A stretch of DNA of 64,000 nucleotides from the NCBI GenBank assembly GCA_031275485.1, contig JAISOS010000033.1, positions 207 to 64,206 of the forward strand. Reading direction: 5' to 3'. A model generated the notes under the pieces. It did no database searches. It had not been told where the DNA came from and saw only the letters and a program-made list of their open reading frames with translations. Shown piece by piece: positions 38,667 through 47,824 of this stretch (position 1 is its first letter; every line of letters begins with the position of its first letter). The position numbers and the translations under genes were made by a program. This DNA is from Clostridiales bacterium (lineage in GTDB: Bacteria; Bacillota; Clostridia; Christensenellales; JAISNN01).

Positions 38667-39040
38667 AAGCAATTTATGCCGTCACAATACAAAGTTCTTT
38701 TTTCAAAAACTTTGTGTAATTTACTCCGTATACAAAGTTTTTTTCTTAAAAAACCTTTGGCGGTATATCGGATTATTCGGAATTACCTCTTCTTTTAGCA
38801 CCGATACGGTGTTTCCCAAAAAACTTTCGACGGTATGCCTTCACCACGTAAAGCCGATTGAAGTTTGTATTCACGGTAGAAAAGGCGGGGCTTGCGAAAG
38901 ATTTTTCAGCCGATAAGGCCTTGTTTTTTGAAATTACGGCAAGTAAGCCCCGCTTGGTCGGGCATGAACGAACCGTTAAAGACCGCCGTCCACAACTATG
39001 CGTATCGGCGCTTTAAGCCTATTCCGGACGATAAATACGT

Positions 39041-39110
39041 CGGGTTTTTTTGAAAAGAGGCGCGGGTGGAAAACCCTTGCGTTAACAAAAGATTTTCCCC
39101 GCGCAACCCT
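39041..39110 (+). repeat. REP1 hairpin element
   Basis: cgggtttttttgaaaagaggcgcgggtggaaaacc..gattttccccgcgcaaccct. Lies 14 bp from the gcvH stop. Confidence 0.7.
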
Positions 39111-39123
39111 CAAAAAAGTAAAA

Positions 39124-39486
39124 TTATTTTTTCAGTTTTTCGTATTCGTCCGCGCTCATAAGTCCGTCCGCGTAACTCTCCGCCTTGACCTTGACTATGA
39201 AAACGTTTTGCGCGTCCGCGTTAATCGCCTCGGGCGCGTCGAGAAGCGTTTCGTTTATATCCGCGACTATGCCCGTCACGGGACTGAAAATCTCGGACAC
39301 CGCTTTCACCGACTCTATGTTCGCGAACGGCTTGCCGGCGAATATTTTCGCGCCCTTTTCCGGCAACTCGACGAAAACTATATCGCCCATCTGTTCTGCG
39401 GCGTAGTCCGTTACTCCGACCGCGGCGATACCGCCGTCGGTTTCAACCCATTCGTGCGTCGCCGAAAATCTCAATTCCTTTCTCAT
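39124..39486 (-). CDS. gcvH: glycine cleavage system protein H
   Basis: 120 aa with THEW and the lipoyl-lysine context IESVKAVSEI. GGAGGG SD. Confidence 0.9.
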   Translation of the reverse strand: MRKELRFSATHEWVETDGGIAAVGVTDYAAEQMGDIVFVELPEKGAKIFAGKPFANIESVKAVSEIFSPVTGIVADINETLLDAPEAINADAQNVFIVKVKAESYADGLMSADEYEKLKK

Positions 39487-39573
39487 TTTTCCCTCCGGAT
39501 AACCGTATTTTTATAGCGGTTCTAAATTGGAACCGCGCGAATATAACCGCCAATTTTTTACCGCAATGAGCTA

Positions 39574-39680
39574 AGAGGTTCTCCCACATATTCGGACAAT
39601 ACGAAAAACGGTTCTTTTTACCTCTTACGGCGAAAAAAGACCTCGCAAGCCTTTCGCGATTCCGATTCGTAACGGTTATA
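39574..39680 (+). repeat. R2 dispersed repeat (~107 bp)
   Basis: aagaggttctcccacatattcggacaatacgaaaaacggttcttttta..cttacggcgaaaaaag..cgcgattccgattcgtaacggttata. Collinear with 62260-62366. Confidence 0.6.
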
Positions 39681-39817
39681 TATTTTTGCGGATATGTATT
39701 ATCGTTTTTGCCGCGTTACGATAAGCGTTCTTTCGCGTCACAAAAAACGTTTTTTGCGTTGCGACTCATTTTATTTATATCACATAAATCCGCCGCGCAT
39801 AAGAAAAAGCGCGTTTT

Positions 39818-40885
39818 TTATCTCTTATAAAACGGCATTCCGACGATCTCGGCGGCAAGCGTTCGGCCCCGCGCCTCCACCGTCAAGCCGCCGCCAAGCT
39901 CCGCGCCGATTGAGAGCCGCGCCATAGCGACAGGATAGCCCAAAGTTGGCGACATTGTGCCGGAAGTAACGTATCCTATATTTTTGCCGTCCCGATATAC
40001 CGGATATCCCTCGCGGGCGACGCCTCTGTCCGTAATTTTCAAACCGACACGCCGAAACCCGGGCGGCGAGGATACGAGCGCGTCCCGCCCGACGAATTCC
40101 CTCTTTCCGAGCTTTATATACGCGTTAAGCCCTATCTCCGTCGCAAGCGTCCCTTCGTTCATTTCGTGTCCGTAGAGCGGCATCGCGCTCTCAAGTCTCA
40201 GCGTGTCGCGCGCGCCGAGCCCCGCCAAAACCGCGCCGTACTTTCCGGACACCTCCAAAATTCTTTCCAAAAGCCCGATGGCAACGGAGTTGGGCGCGTA
40301 GATTTCAAAGCCGTCCTCGCCCGTATAGCCCGTCCGCGATATTACGGCGCGTTCTCCCGAAAATTCCGAAAAAACGAAAGTATAAAAGCCTTTCGGCAAT
40401 TCCGAAAAAAGCCCGCCCAAAAGAGCCTCCGCGCGCGGCCCTTGCACGGCTATCATAGAAATTTCGTCCGACACATCCCTCAGAACGCTCCCGTATTTTA
40501 GACGCGATTTTATAAGCTCGCGGTCTTTGTCCGTATTCGACGCGTTAACGACGATATAATATTTGCGATCGTCCGCCTTGTATACCAAAAGATCGTCCGC
40601 AACGCCGCCGTCTTCGTTGCACATAAGCGTGTATCTGACCTTGTTTTTCGGCATATCGGCGAATTCGTTTGTGAAAAGATTGCCGACGTCCCGCTCAGCC
40701 TCCGCGCCCTCTAAAATAAACTCGCCCATATGCGAAACGTCGAATATTCCGGCGGTCTCGCGAACCGCCCTGTGTTCGCTCAGAATGCCGCCGCGAAATT
40801 GCACGGGCATATAAAAGCCGCCGAATTCCACAAATTTTCCGCCTTCGCCGAGTAGCTTTTCATACAAAACCGTCTTTTTTATCAT
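39818..40885 (-). CDS. gcvT: glycine cleavage aminomethyltransferase
   Basis: 355 aa with FGGFYMPVQF, AGIFDVSHMGE and SRTGYTGEDGFEI motifs. Confidence 0.9.
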   Translation of the reverse strand: MIKKTVLYEKLLGEGGKFVEFGGFYMPVQFRGGILSEHRAVRETAGIFDVSHMGEFILEGAEAERDVGNLFTNEFADMPKNKVRYTLMCNEDGGVADDLLVYKADDRKYYIVVNASNTDKDRELIKSRLKYGSVLRDVSDEISMIAVQGPRAEALLGGLFSELPKGFYTFVFSEFSGERAVISRTGYTGEDGFEIYAPNSVAIGLLERILEVSGKYGAVLAGLGARDTLRLESAMPLYGHEMNEGTLATEIGLNAYIKLGKREFVGRDALVSSPPGFRRVGLKITDRGVAREGYPVYRDGKNIGYVTSGTMSPTLGYPVAMARLSIGAELGGGLTVEARGRTLAAEIVGMPFYKR

Positions 40886-40909
40886 AATTTTCCTTTTTAG
40901 AGAGTGAAA

Positions 40910-40975
40910 GTATTATGCGGGGGAAATCTTTCGTGAATAAAAAATTTTCGTCCGCTCCCCTTTCTCAAAAACTCC
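40910..40975 (-). repeat. REP1 hairpin element (diverged)
   Basis: gtattatgcgggggaaatc..cgtccgctcccctttctcaaaaactcc. Lies 25 bp upstream of the gcvT ATG. Confidence 0.6.
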
Positions 40976-41050
40976 GACGTTTTACAGACTCGTCTAAACC
41001 GGACGCCGCAGCCGAATTTTTTTCAATTAATATTACTATAACATTCCGAT

Positions 41051-41878
41051 TTAGCTACGCCGCAACATTTCGGTCAAATCCGCGACCGAACCGAGCGTCA
41101 AATCAGGCTTGTCGCGCGAGGTTCTCAGTGTTTCCTCCGTCGCCTCTCCGGTCAGTACAAGTATTGATAAAAATTTGAAATTGTTACCGAATCTTATGTC
41201 CGTATAAAGTCTGTCGCCGACCATAGCTATACGGCGCGGCTCGACTCCGTATTTCAGCGTTATGCCCTTCGCCGCAGGCGCGTAAGGCTTGCCGCACACG
41301 ACGTCCGGAACGCGTCCCGTCGCCGCGCGCGCGAATTCTATGAACGAGCCCGCGTCGGGCATCGGCGAAACGGTATGCGGACAATTCAAATCGGCGTGCG
41401 TCGCGACATAAAACGCTCCTTTAAATAAAAAACGGCAGAACTTATTCAGCTTATCGTAAGTCGCGGAGGTGTCGAAAGCCAGAACCGCCGCGTCAGGCTC
41501 GTCATCGACTATTTTAATTCCGAAAGAAGCGAAATCTTCCTTGACCCCGTCGGTCGCGGCAAGCCAAATCCTTTTGCCGCGATGCTCTCGCTCCAAATAT
41601 TCGTAGGTCGCCTGCGCCGAGGTGTACAACTCGCCGTCCGTAGCGCCAAGCCCCATTTTGTTCAGCTTGTACAGGTATTCGCGGCGCGGCTTGGACGAAT
41701 TGTTCGTCAAAAAGCAAACCCTTTTACCCGCGCGCCGCACCGTATTCAAGACCTCCGCAGCGCCGTCTATAAGCCTGTCGCCGACGTATATCGTTCCGTC
41801 CAAATCGAACAAAAACAGCTCGATTTCCTTTAACCGCGCGATTTTTTCGGCGTTTATTTCTATGCTCTTTAAAACCAT
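41051..41878 (-). CDS. HAD-IIA family hydrolase (NagD-like)
   Basis: FLFDLDGTIY, FLTNNSS and VGDRLYTDI motifs. Confidence 0.75.
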   Translation of the reverse strand: MVLKSIEINAEKIARLKEIELFLFDLDGTIYVGDRLIDGAAEVLNTVRRAGKRVCFLTNNSSKPRREYLYKLNKMGLGATDGELYTSAQATYEYLEREHRGKRIWLAATDGVKEDFASFGIKIVDDEPDAAVLAFDTSATYDKLNKFCRFLFKGAFYVATHADLNCPHTVSPMPDAGSFIEFARAATGRVPDVVCGKPYAPAAKGITLKYGVEPRRIAMVGDRLYTDIRFGNNFKFLSILVLTGEATEETLRTSRDKPDLTLGSVADLTEMLRRS

Positions 41879-42221
41879 ATCGATATTGTATTAAATTCCG
41901 AGGAAAATGTCAAACGATAACGAGCGGTATTCGGCTAAGGATTGCGGTTGCAAGTTTACGTCGGCAAGGTCGCCGGACAAAGCCACGGAAAGACAAACTG
42001 CCGGCGGTTCGGCCATACTCGCGCGGCTTATATTTTCGGACAATCGCCCGACCGTATCGGAGTTCCGCCCAAAGCGGCGCCCGATAATCTTTCAATACTA
42101 ATATCCCTTAATTTGCGTCTATAAGTTTTTTGCAATTTTTGCAATATAATTATTTGCGGGAAAACTTTCGCCGGAAAGACGTTCGGGCTTTTATCGCATT
42201 TGAAATGTTTTTCTTTATATT

Positions 42222-42290
42222 AAAGTTTTTCGGAAGAGGACGCGGATGAAACCTTTTGCGAACAAAAGGTCTCATCTCCCGCATAATTTT
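42222..42290 (+). repeat. REP1 hairpin element
   Basis: aaagtttttcggaagaggacgcggatgaaacctttt-gcgaac-aaaaggtctcatctcccgcataatttt. Lies 18 bp from the pyrF stop. Confidence 0.65.
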
Positions 42291-42307
42291 CAAAAAGAAA
42301 AACTCTT

Positions 42308-43192
42308 TCAAAAAATCCGCGCGAGATCCTCTTTCATTAGAATCGCCGCCTTTCTCGCCGCGTCGCAATACTTCAATCCGGGGAATTTTTTATGCGCGCG
42401 GATAATACCTCTCGAGTTGTTGACGACAGCTCCCGCGCCGTCGTCAAACGCCGCCGCGAGCGCATCCGCCGAGCCGCCCTGCGCGCCGTAGCCCGGAATC
42501 AAAAAAAACATTTTGCCGTGTCTTTTTCTGAGGGCGGCAAGCTCCTCTTTTTGCGTCGCGCCCACGACCGCGCCGACGGCGGAAAAGCCGTAATGTCCGA
42601 CCAAATCTTTTCCCCATTCCGCTACGTAATCGCTCACTAATTCGTACACCGTCCGCCCGTCCGCAAGCGCGCGGTTTTGCAATTCGGACGAGCTTTCATT
42701 AGAGGTTTTGACGAGGACAAAAAGCCCTCTGTCGCGCTCCTTACAGTCCTCCAAAAACGGTTCGATACCGTCGCTGCCGAGATAAGGATTAACGGTTATA
42801 AAGTCGAATCCGTAGGCGGCTACGCCTATATCCGACCGCGACAAATACGCCTTGGAATAGGCGGCGGCGGTGCTTGCTATGTCGTTTCTTTTGACGTCCG
42901 CGATAGTTATAAGCCCGTTTTGTTTCGCGTATTCCATGGTGTCCCTAAAAGCGTCCATGCCGTAGCCGCCGTACATTTCGTAATACGCCGCCTGCAATTT
43001 CACGGCGGGCACCAAATCCGCCGTCGCGTCTAAAACGTTCTTATTAAATTCCAAAACCGCGCGCGCCGCGCTCCTGAAATCCGTAATTTTATCTCTCAAT
43101 CCGTCGGGCAAATATTCCGCGCAGGTATCCAGCCCGAGAGCCGTCGGATTGGCTTTCTTTTTTATTTCGTCTATCAGTCTGTCCACTATCAT
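42308..43192 (-). CDS. pyrF: orotidine 5'-phosphate decarboxylase (long type 2)
   Basis: 294 aa with GLDTCAEYLP, ADVKRNDIASTA and PGYGAQGG. Sits in a pyr gene cluster. Confidence 0.8.
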   Translation of the reverse strand: MIVDRLIDEIKKKANPTALGLDTCAEYLPDGLRDKITDFRSAARAVLEFNKNVLDATADLVPAVKLQAAYYEMYGGYGMDAFRDTMEYAKQNGLITIADVKRNDIASTAAAYSKAYLSRSDIGVAAYGFDFITVNPYLGSDGIEPFLEDCKERDRGLFVLVKTSNESSSELQNRALADGRTVYELVSDYVAEWGKDLVGHYGFSAVGAVVGATQKEELAALRKRHGKMFFLIPGYGAQGGSADALAAAFDDGAGAVVNNSRGIIRAHKKFPGLKYCDAARKAAILMKEDLARIF

Positions 43193-43406
43193 TTTTATAT
43201 TCGCTCCGCTTTTTTATTTACCGCGTATTAATTTATATTTTTACGGCGTATATCGTATCGCTTACCGCCGTTTCGCGTTGAATATCGACGCGTTACCATC
43301 TCGTTTTTCGTTTATTCATACCGCATATCGCCCGTCGTTTATTATATCGCGCACCGCGCTTTGCCCGTTCTTTGTCGAACTTCCGTATCGCTCGTAGTTT
43401 GTCTTT

Positions 43407-44672
43407 TCATTTCCCGCCGCTTCCGTACTTTACTCTGCCGCCGACGATAGTGTACCGCACGCTCCCGTACACGTCCCACCCGTCGAACGGCGAATTTTTC
43501 CCCTTGCTGACAAAGCTTTTTACGTCGATTTTCGACGGCGTTTCCGTATCGACGACCGTAAAATCCGCCTCGGCGTACTCGGGCTTTTTGTCCAGCCCCA
43601 AAATCCTCGCGGGATTCGCGCTCATCAACTTCGATAGCGCGGAAAGACTCGCCCCGCTCTTTTTCACAAGGAAAGTATTGGCGAGCTGAAAGGCGGTTTC
43701 AAGTCCGCTTATGCCGTTCGCGGCGTAATTATACTCGACAAATTTGTCGTTGATATGATGCGGCGCGTGGTCGGTGACGATAGCGTCCACCGTACCGTCC
43801 TTTATCGCGGCTATGACCGCGAGTCTATCATCCTCGCCGCGAAGCGGCGGATTGACCTTCGTGTTCGTATCGAAAGACAAAATCAGCCCGTCGTTCGCGG
43901 CGAAATAATGAGGGCAAGTTTCGCAGGTAACTTTAACGCCCCGCTTTTTGGCGTTTCTTATGATTTCAAGCCCGCCTTTCGTGCTTACATGCGCGATATG
44001 CACGCTTGCGTCCAAACTCTCGGCGAGTATGACGTCGCGGGCAATCATAACTTCCTCGGCGGCTCTCGAAATTCCGCGCAGACCCGAAACCGTCGCGCTG
44101 TAGCCCTCGTTGACGACTCCCGCCGCCGCTATGTCGGTATCCTCCTCGTGGCAAATCAGAGGTATGCCTACGGTTTTCGCGTATTCGAGCGCGAGCCGCA
44201 TTACGCCGCCGCTTTCGACCGGATAGCCGTCGTCGCTGAGCGCGACCGCTCCGGCTTGTTTTAAGCGGTACATTTCCGTAATTTCGCCGCCCTTCTGTCC
44301 TTTGGTAATCGTCCCTATCGGATAGACCCGACAATTATCGGCGGCGGCGGCACGCTCCTTTATATAGGCTATAACGGCGGGATTATCCGCGGGCGGATTT
44401 GTGTTCGGCATACAGCAGACGGCGGTAAAACCGCCTTTAAGGGCTGCGGCGGTGCCCGAAGCGACGTCCTCCTTATACTCGAAACCCGGCTCCCTCAAAT
44501 GCGTGTGCATATCGATAAACCCGCGCATAACGTACAGCCCGCGCGCGTCTATAATCTCGTCGGCGCGAAAATCCGCGTCGGGGCGGACGGCTCTGCCGTT
44601 ATCTATAAAAATATCCTCTTTCACAATCGAATCGTCCCTTACGACGAACCCGTCTTGAATGTGTAAACGCAT
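43407..44672 (-). CDS. pyrC: dihydroorotase
   Basis: DMHTHLREPG, HIAHVST and VTDHAPH metal-binding motifs. Confidence 0.9.
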   Translation of the reverse strand: MRLHIQDGFVVRDDSIVKEDIFIDNGRAVRPDADFRADEIIDARGLYVMRGFIDMHTHLREPGFEYKEDVASGTAAALKGGFTAVCCMPNTNPPADNPAVIAYIKERAAAADNCRVYPIGTITKGQKGGEITEMYRLKQAGAVALSDDGYPVESGGVMRLALEYAKTVGIPLICHEEDTDIAAAGVVNEGYSATVSGLRGISRAAEEVMIARDVILAESLDASVHIAHVSTKGGLEIIRNAKKRGVKVTCETCPHYFAANDGLILSFDTNTKVNPPLRGEDDRLAVIAAIKDGTVDAIVTDHAPHHINDKFVEYNYAANGISGLETAFQLANTFLVKKSGASLSALSKLMSANPARILGLDKKPEYAEADFTVVDTETPSKIDVKSFVSKGKNSPFDGWDVYGSVRYTIVGGRVKYGSGGK

Positions 44673-45059
44673 AATTGTTTCCTTTATTTTTTCATATTGA
44701 TTTCACTATTTTTTATATCGTTTCCGCTTATTTTTTTACGCCTTCCATTACATAAACCGTCGTTTTTCAGTATTTTTTACCCTATACAAGCCGTATAAAA
44801 CCTTCTTTTTCAGTGTTTTTTCGCGATATAAAATCTTTCGTTTTACGCGCCTTTTGCAAAGCCGAAACTCCTTGTTTTCCGTATTTTTTACATAGCTTGA
44901 ATCATAATTTTTCGCGCTTTTTGCGGTATGAAAAACGCGGCTTTTTTGCGCTTTTGCGACACATAAACCATTGTTTTTTCACTTTTTGCGGCATAAATCC
45001 GTCGTTTTTCTTACGTTTTTGCGCGGCGGCGCGCCGTACCTCCTCTTTCGCGCTCCCGC
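44673..45059 (+). repeat. T-tract array (pyrB-pyrC spacer)
   Basis: 387-bp spacer with many T5-T7 runs (cgtcgtttttcag, cttctttttcagtgttttttcgcg, cggcttttttgcgcttttgcg, ccattgttttttcactttttgcgg). Confidence 0.65.
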
Positions 45060-45965
45060 TCAGCCCCTCGTAAGCAGAAACAGCAGCGCCATCCTGACCG
45101 CAACGCCGTTCGTAACCTGCCTCTCTATAAAGCTGTAAGGCGCGTCCGCCGCGCCGCCGTCGATTTCCGCGCCGCGGTTGATCGGTCCCGGATGCAGGAG
45201 CATAGCGTCCTTATCCGCCAAAGCCATACGCCTTTCGCTCAGCCCGAACAACTCGTTATATTCGTTTATACTCGGGATAAGCCCCGATTTCATACGCTCC
45301 AATTGCAACCTCAGCCCAATAACTACGTCCGCGCCTCTCACCGCCTCGTCCGCGTCGGTAGTCACGCGGACGGACGTCCGCGCTATATCCTTAGGCAGAA
45401 GCGTATCCGGCGCGCAAAGGGTAATATTCGCGCCGAGCCTGCCCATTCCCCAGATATTGCTACGCGCGACGCGGCTGTGTTTAACGTCGCCTATAATCGT
45501 AACGTTCAGGTCTTTCAGCGCGCCCTTCTCCTCCCTCACGGTAAACATGTCGAGCAGCGCCTGCGTCGGATGCTCGTTCATACCGTCGCCGCCGTTTATG
45601 ACGGACGCCTTGACATTTTTCGCCAAAAAGTGCGGCGCGCCCGACGCGTTATGCCGTATGATTATAACGTCGGTGCAAAGCGCGTCGAGGGTCTTTCCGG
45701 TATCTATCAGCGATTCGCCCTTTTGAACGCTGGATTGGGCGGCGGATATGCCGCTTAGAGCCGCCCCCATAAATTTCGCGGCTATCTCGAAGCTGGTTTT
45801 TGTGCGCGTGCTGTTCTCGTAAAACAGCGTCGCGACGCTCTTATTGCTCAAATGATTCGTCTTTTTGACGTTTTGATTAAGAATTTTTTTCATCTCCGCC
45901 GCGACGGACAAAATATTCTCTATGTCTGCGGTTTCGGTTTCCCGCAAGCCCACCAAATCCTTCAT
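45060..45965 (-). CDS. pyrB: aspartate carbamoyltransferase catalytic subunit
   Basis: STRTKTSFE, HPTQALLD and LHPGPINRG motifs. Confidence 0.95.
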   Translation of the reverse strand: MKDLVGLRETETADIENILSVAAEMKKILNQNVKKTNHLSNKSVATLFYENSTRTKTSFEIAAKFMGAALSGISAAQSSVQKGESLIDTGKTLDALCTDVIIIRHNASGAPHFLAKNVKASVINGGDGMNEHPTQALLDMFTVREEKGALKDLNVTIIGDVKHSRVARSNIWGMGRLGANITLCAPDTLLPKDIARTSVRVTTDADEAVRGADVVIGLRLQLERMKSGLIPSINEYNELFGLSERRMALADKDAMLLHPGPINRGAEIDGGAADAPYSFIERQVTNGVAVRMALLFLLTRG

Positions 45966-46114
45966 TTATAAAGCCCCCCGTTAAGCGTAATTTATCATCT
46001 TTTTTCGCGGTTGTTTTTATATTTTTTTACGGTGCGGAAGCGCGGTTTTCTATCGCTTTTCACCGCGTTAAATCCGTATTTTCCGCGGCGCAAAACCGTC
46101 TTTTTACGCGCTTT
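45966..46114 (+). repeat. T-tract array (pyrR-pyrB spacer)
   Basis: atcttttttcgcggttgtttttatatttttttacgg..ccgtctttttacgcgcttttt. Confidence 0.55.
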
Positions 46115-46660
46115 TTATTCCGAATCCGCACCGTAAAGCTCCGCGCCGTCGAAACCGTCCGTTTCCGTAAGATTAACGGTAATTTTTTCGGTCTTCGCCG
46201 TAGGCGCATTTTTCCCCGTATAGTCGGCGCGCACGGGCAGTTCCCTGTGCCCGCGGTCAATAAGTACGGCGAGCTGTATTTTGTCAGGTCTGCCGTATTC
46301 CATAACCGCGTCTATCGCCGCCCGAACCGTCCGCCCCGTGAAAAGCACGTCGTCCACGATTATAACCGTCTTGCCTATAACGCCGAACGGTATTTCACTG
46401 CTGTTGATTATGGGGTGCTCATTGACGACGCCGAGGTCGTCGCGGTAGAGCGTGATGTCCAAAATACCGACGGCGACGGTCTCTCCCGCGACCTCCCCGA
46501 TAAACGCCGCCAGCCGTTTTGCAAGCGGCACGCCGCGCGTCCTGACTCCGACAAGAGCGACTGCCGAAAGATCCGAGTTTCTCTCTATAATTTCGTAAGC
46601 GATTCGGCGCAACGCGCGGGTTATCCCCGCCCCGTCCATAATTTTTGCTTTAAGGCGCAT
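46115..46660 (-). CDS. pyrR: bifunctional pyr operon regulator/uracil phosphoribosyltransferase PyrR
   Basis: VGVRTRGVPLA and the PRPP motif VIIVDDVLFTGRTVRAA. ATG 46660 follows a GGAGGG SD. Confidence 0.9.
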   Translation of the reverse strand: MRLKAKIMDGAGITRALRRIAYEIIERNSDLSAVALVGVRTRGVPLAKRLAAFIGEVAGETVAVGILDITLYRDDLGVVNEHPIINSSEIPFGVIGKTVIIVDDVLFTGRTVRAAIDAVMEYGRPDKIQLAVLIDRGHRELPVRADYTGKNAPTAKTEKITVNLTETDGFDGAELYGADSE

Positions 46661-46767
46661 AATTTTGCCCTCCATATACTTTTATCATCCTCTCCCCCGA
46701 CGAAAGCGGCGCGGCTCGCGCTTTTATTTCCGTCCGCAATTTACCATTTAAGGTCGTTGTTTTATAT

Positions 46768-46802
46768 AAAAAAATCCCGTCTCTATTTTCAGAACGACGG
46801 GA
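46768..46802 (-). terminator. attenuator-type intrinsic terminator in the pyrR leader
   Basis: Minus-strand tcccgtc-N14-gacggga followed by TTTTTTT, about 100 nt upstream of the pyrR start. Confidence 0.45.
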
Positions 46803-47092
46803 AATTGACAAATTTGATTCTAAAACTAGCGTGCAGAACCCCGCATAACGGCAATTTGATACCGTTAGCCACACCCCGCTCCACGGCGCTTCCGCGCCGC
46901 AAGCGTCAAACGCGCCCGTCTTTTGTAATATCTTGCCGGTCTCGCCGTACCGTTTTTAAAGATATTTCTATTAGTGAGATTATATCACGGCGCGGCTGCA
47001 AAGTCAAGTGTTTTATTAGCTAAAATAAAAACTTTTAAAGGAGTAAATTATGCGATATGTTTTTTTAATCTCCAAAAACTATATTCGCGGTT

Positions 47093-47674
47093 TCAAAAGA
47101 AATTTCTTAAATTTAAAAGAACCGGCTGTATTTGTCTGCCCGCAAGCGCCGCCTCCGCACTGTCCTTTATTTTGCCGAAATCGGCGGTCAGTGAATTAGC
47201 TTTACCGATATGGTCATCCTGCCCAAACGGCACGAAATAGATATTTTTCATCGCCATAAGCGCGCCGATATTTTTCGCGTTGTTCCCGAGCCCGTCGTTC
47301 GTCGACACGGCTATAACGAGCGGGCCGCCGTTTCTAAGGTGCGCTTTCGCCGCAAGCGTAACCGACGTATCCGCGACGCCGTTCGCGAGTTTTGCGACGG
47401 TATTCCCGGTACACGGCGCGATGACAAGTATGTCGAGAAGTTTTTTGGGACCTATCGGCTCCGCTTCGGCAATCGTAGAAATAATTTTTTTCCGCGTAAT
47501 TTGCTCGATTTTTTCCCTAAAAGTCTTAGCCTCAAAAAACCGTGTGTCCGTATTCGCGGCGTTGGCGGACAAAATAGGCGTTATATCGTATTCGTCCTTG
47601 ATTTTTTCCAATTCTGCCAAAATGCCGTTAAACGTGCAAAAAGACCCCGTTACGGCAAATCCTAATTTTTTCAT
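47093..47674 (-). CDS. dpaB: dipicolinate synthase subunit B
   Basis: Flavoprotein-like GFAVTGSFCT and IAPCTGNTVAKLANG. Directly downstream of dpaA. Confidence 0.8.
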   Translation of the reverse strand: MKKLGFAVTGSFCTFNGILAELEKIKDEYDITPILSANAANTDTRFFEAKTFREKIEQITRKKIISTIAEAEPIGPKKLLDILVIAPCTGNTVAKLANGVADTSVTLAAKAHLRNGGPLVIAVSTNDGLGNNAKNIGALMAMKNIYFVPFGQDDHIGKANSLTADFGKIKDSAEAALAGRQIQPVLLNLRNFF

Positions 47675-47824
47675 TTTTCGTATTCCTTTGCGGAGGATCC
47701 CGCGATTTCAGGCGGTTTTCCGCGAACGGCTCCGCGTAAATTTTTACGCGCCGTTATCGCTGCGATAACGCGCGCTTCTATACCGCCGTTTTTACCTTGA
47801 TAACGCGCGCTTTCGCACCGCCTT

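Noticed and set aside
40886-41050. Expected glycine riboswitch upstream of gcvT
   Set aside because: No conserved glycine-riboswitch blocks are seen on either strand. The region is essentially one REP1 copy plus AT-rich filler.
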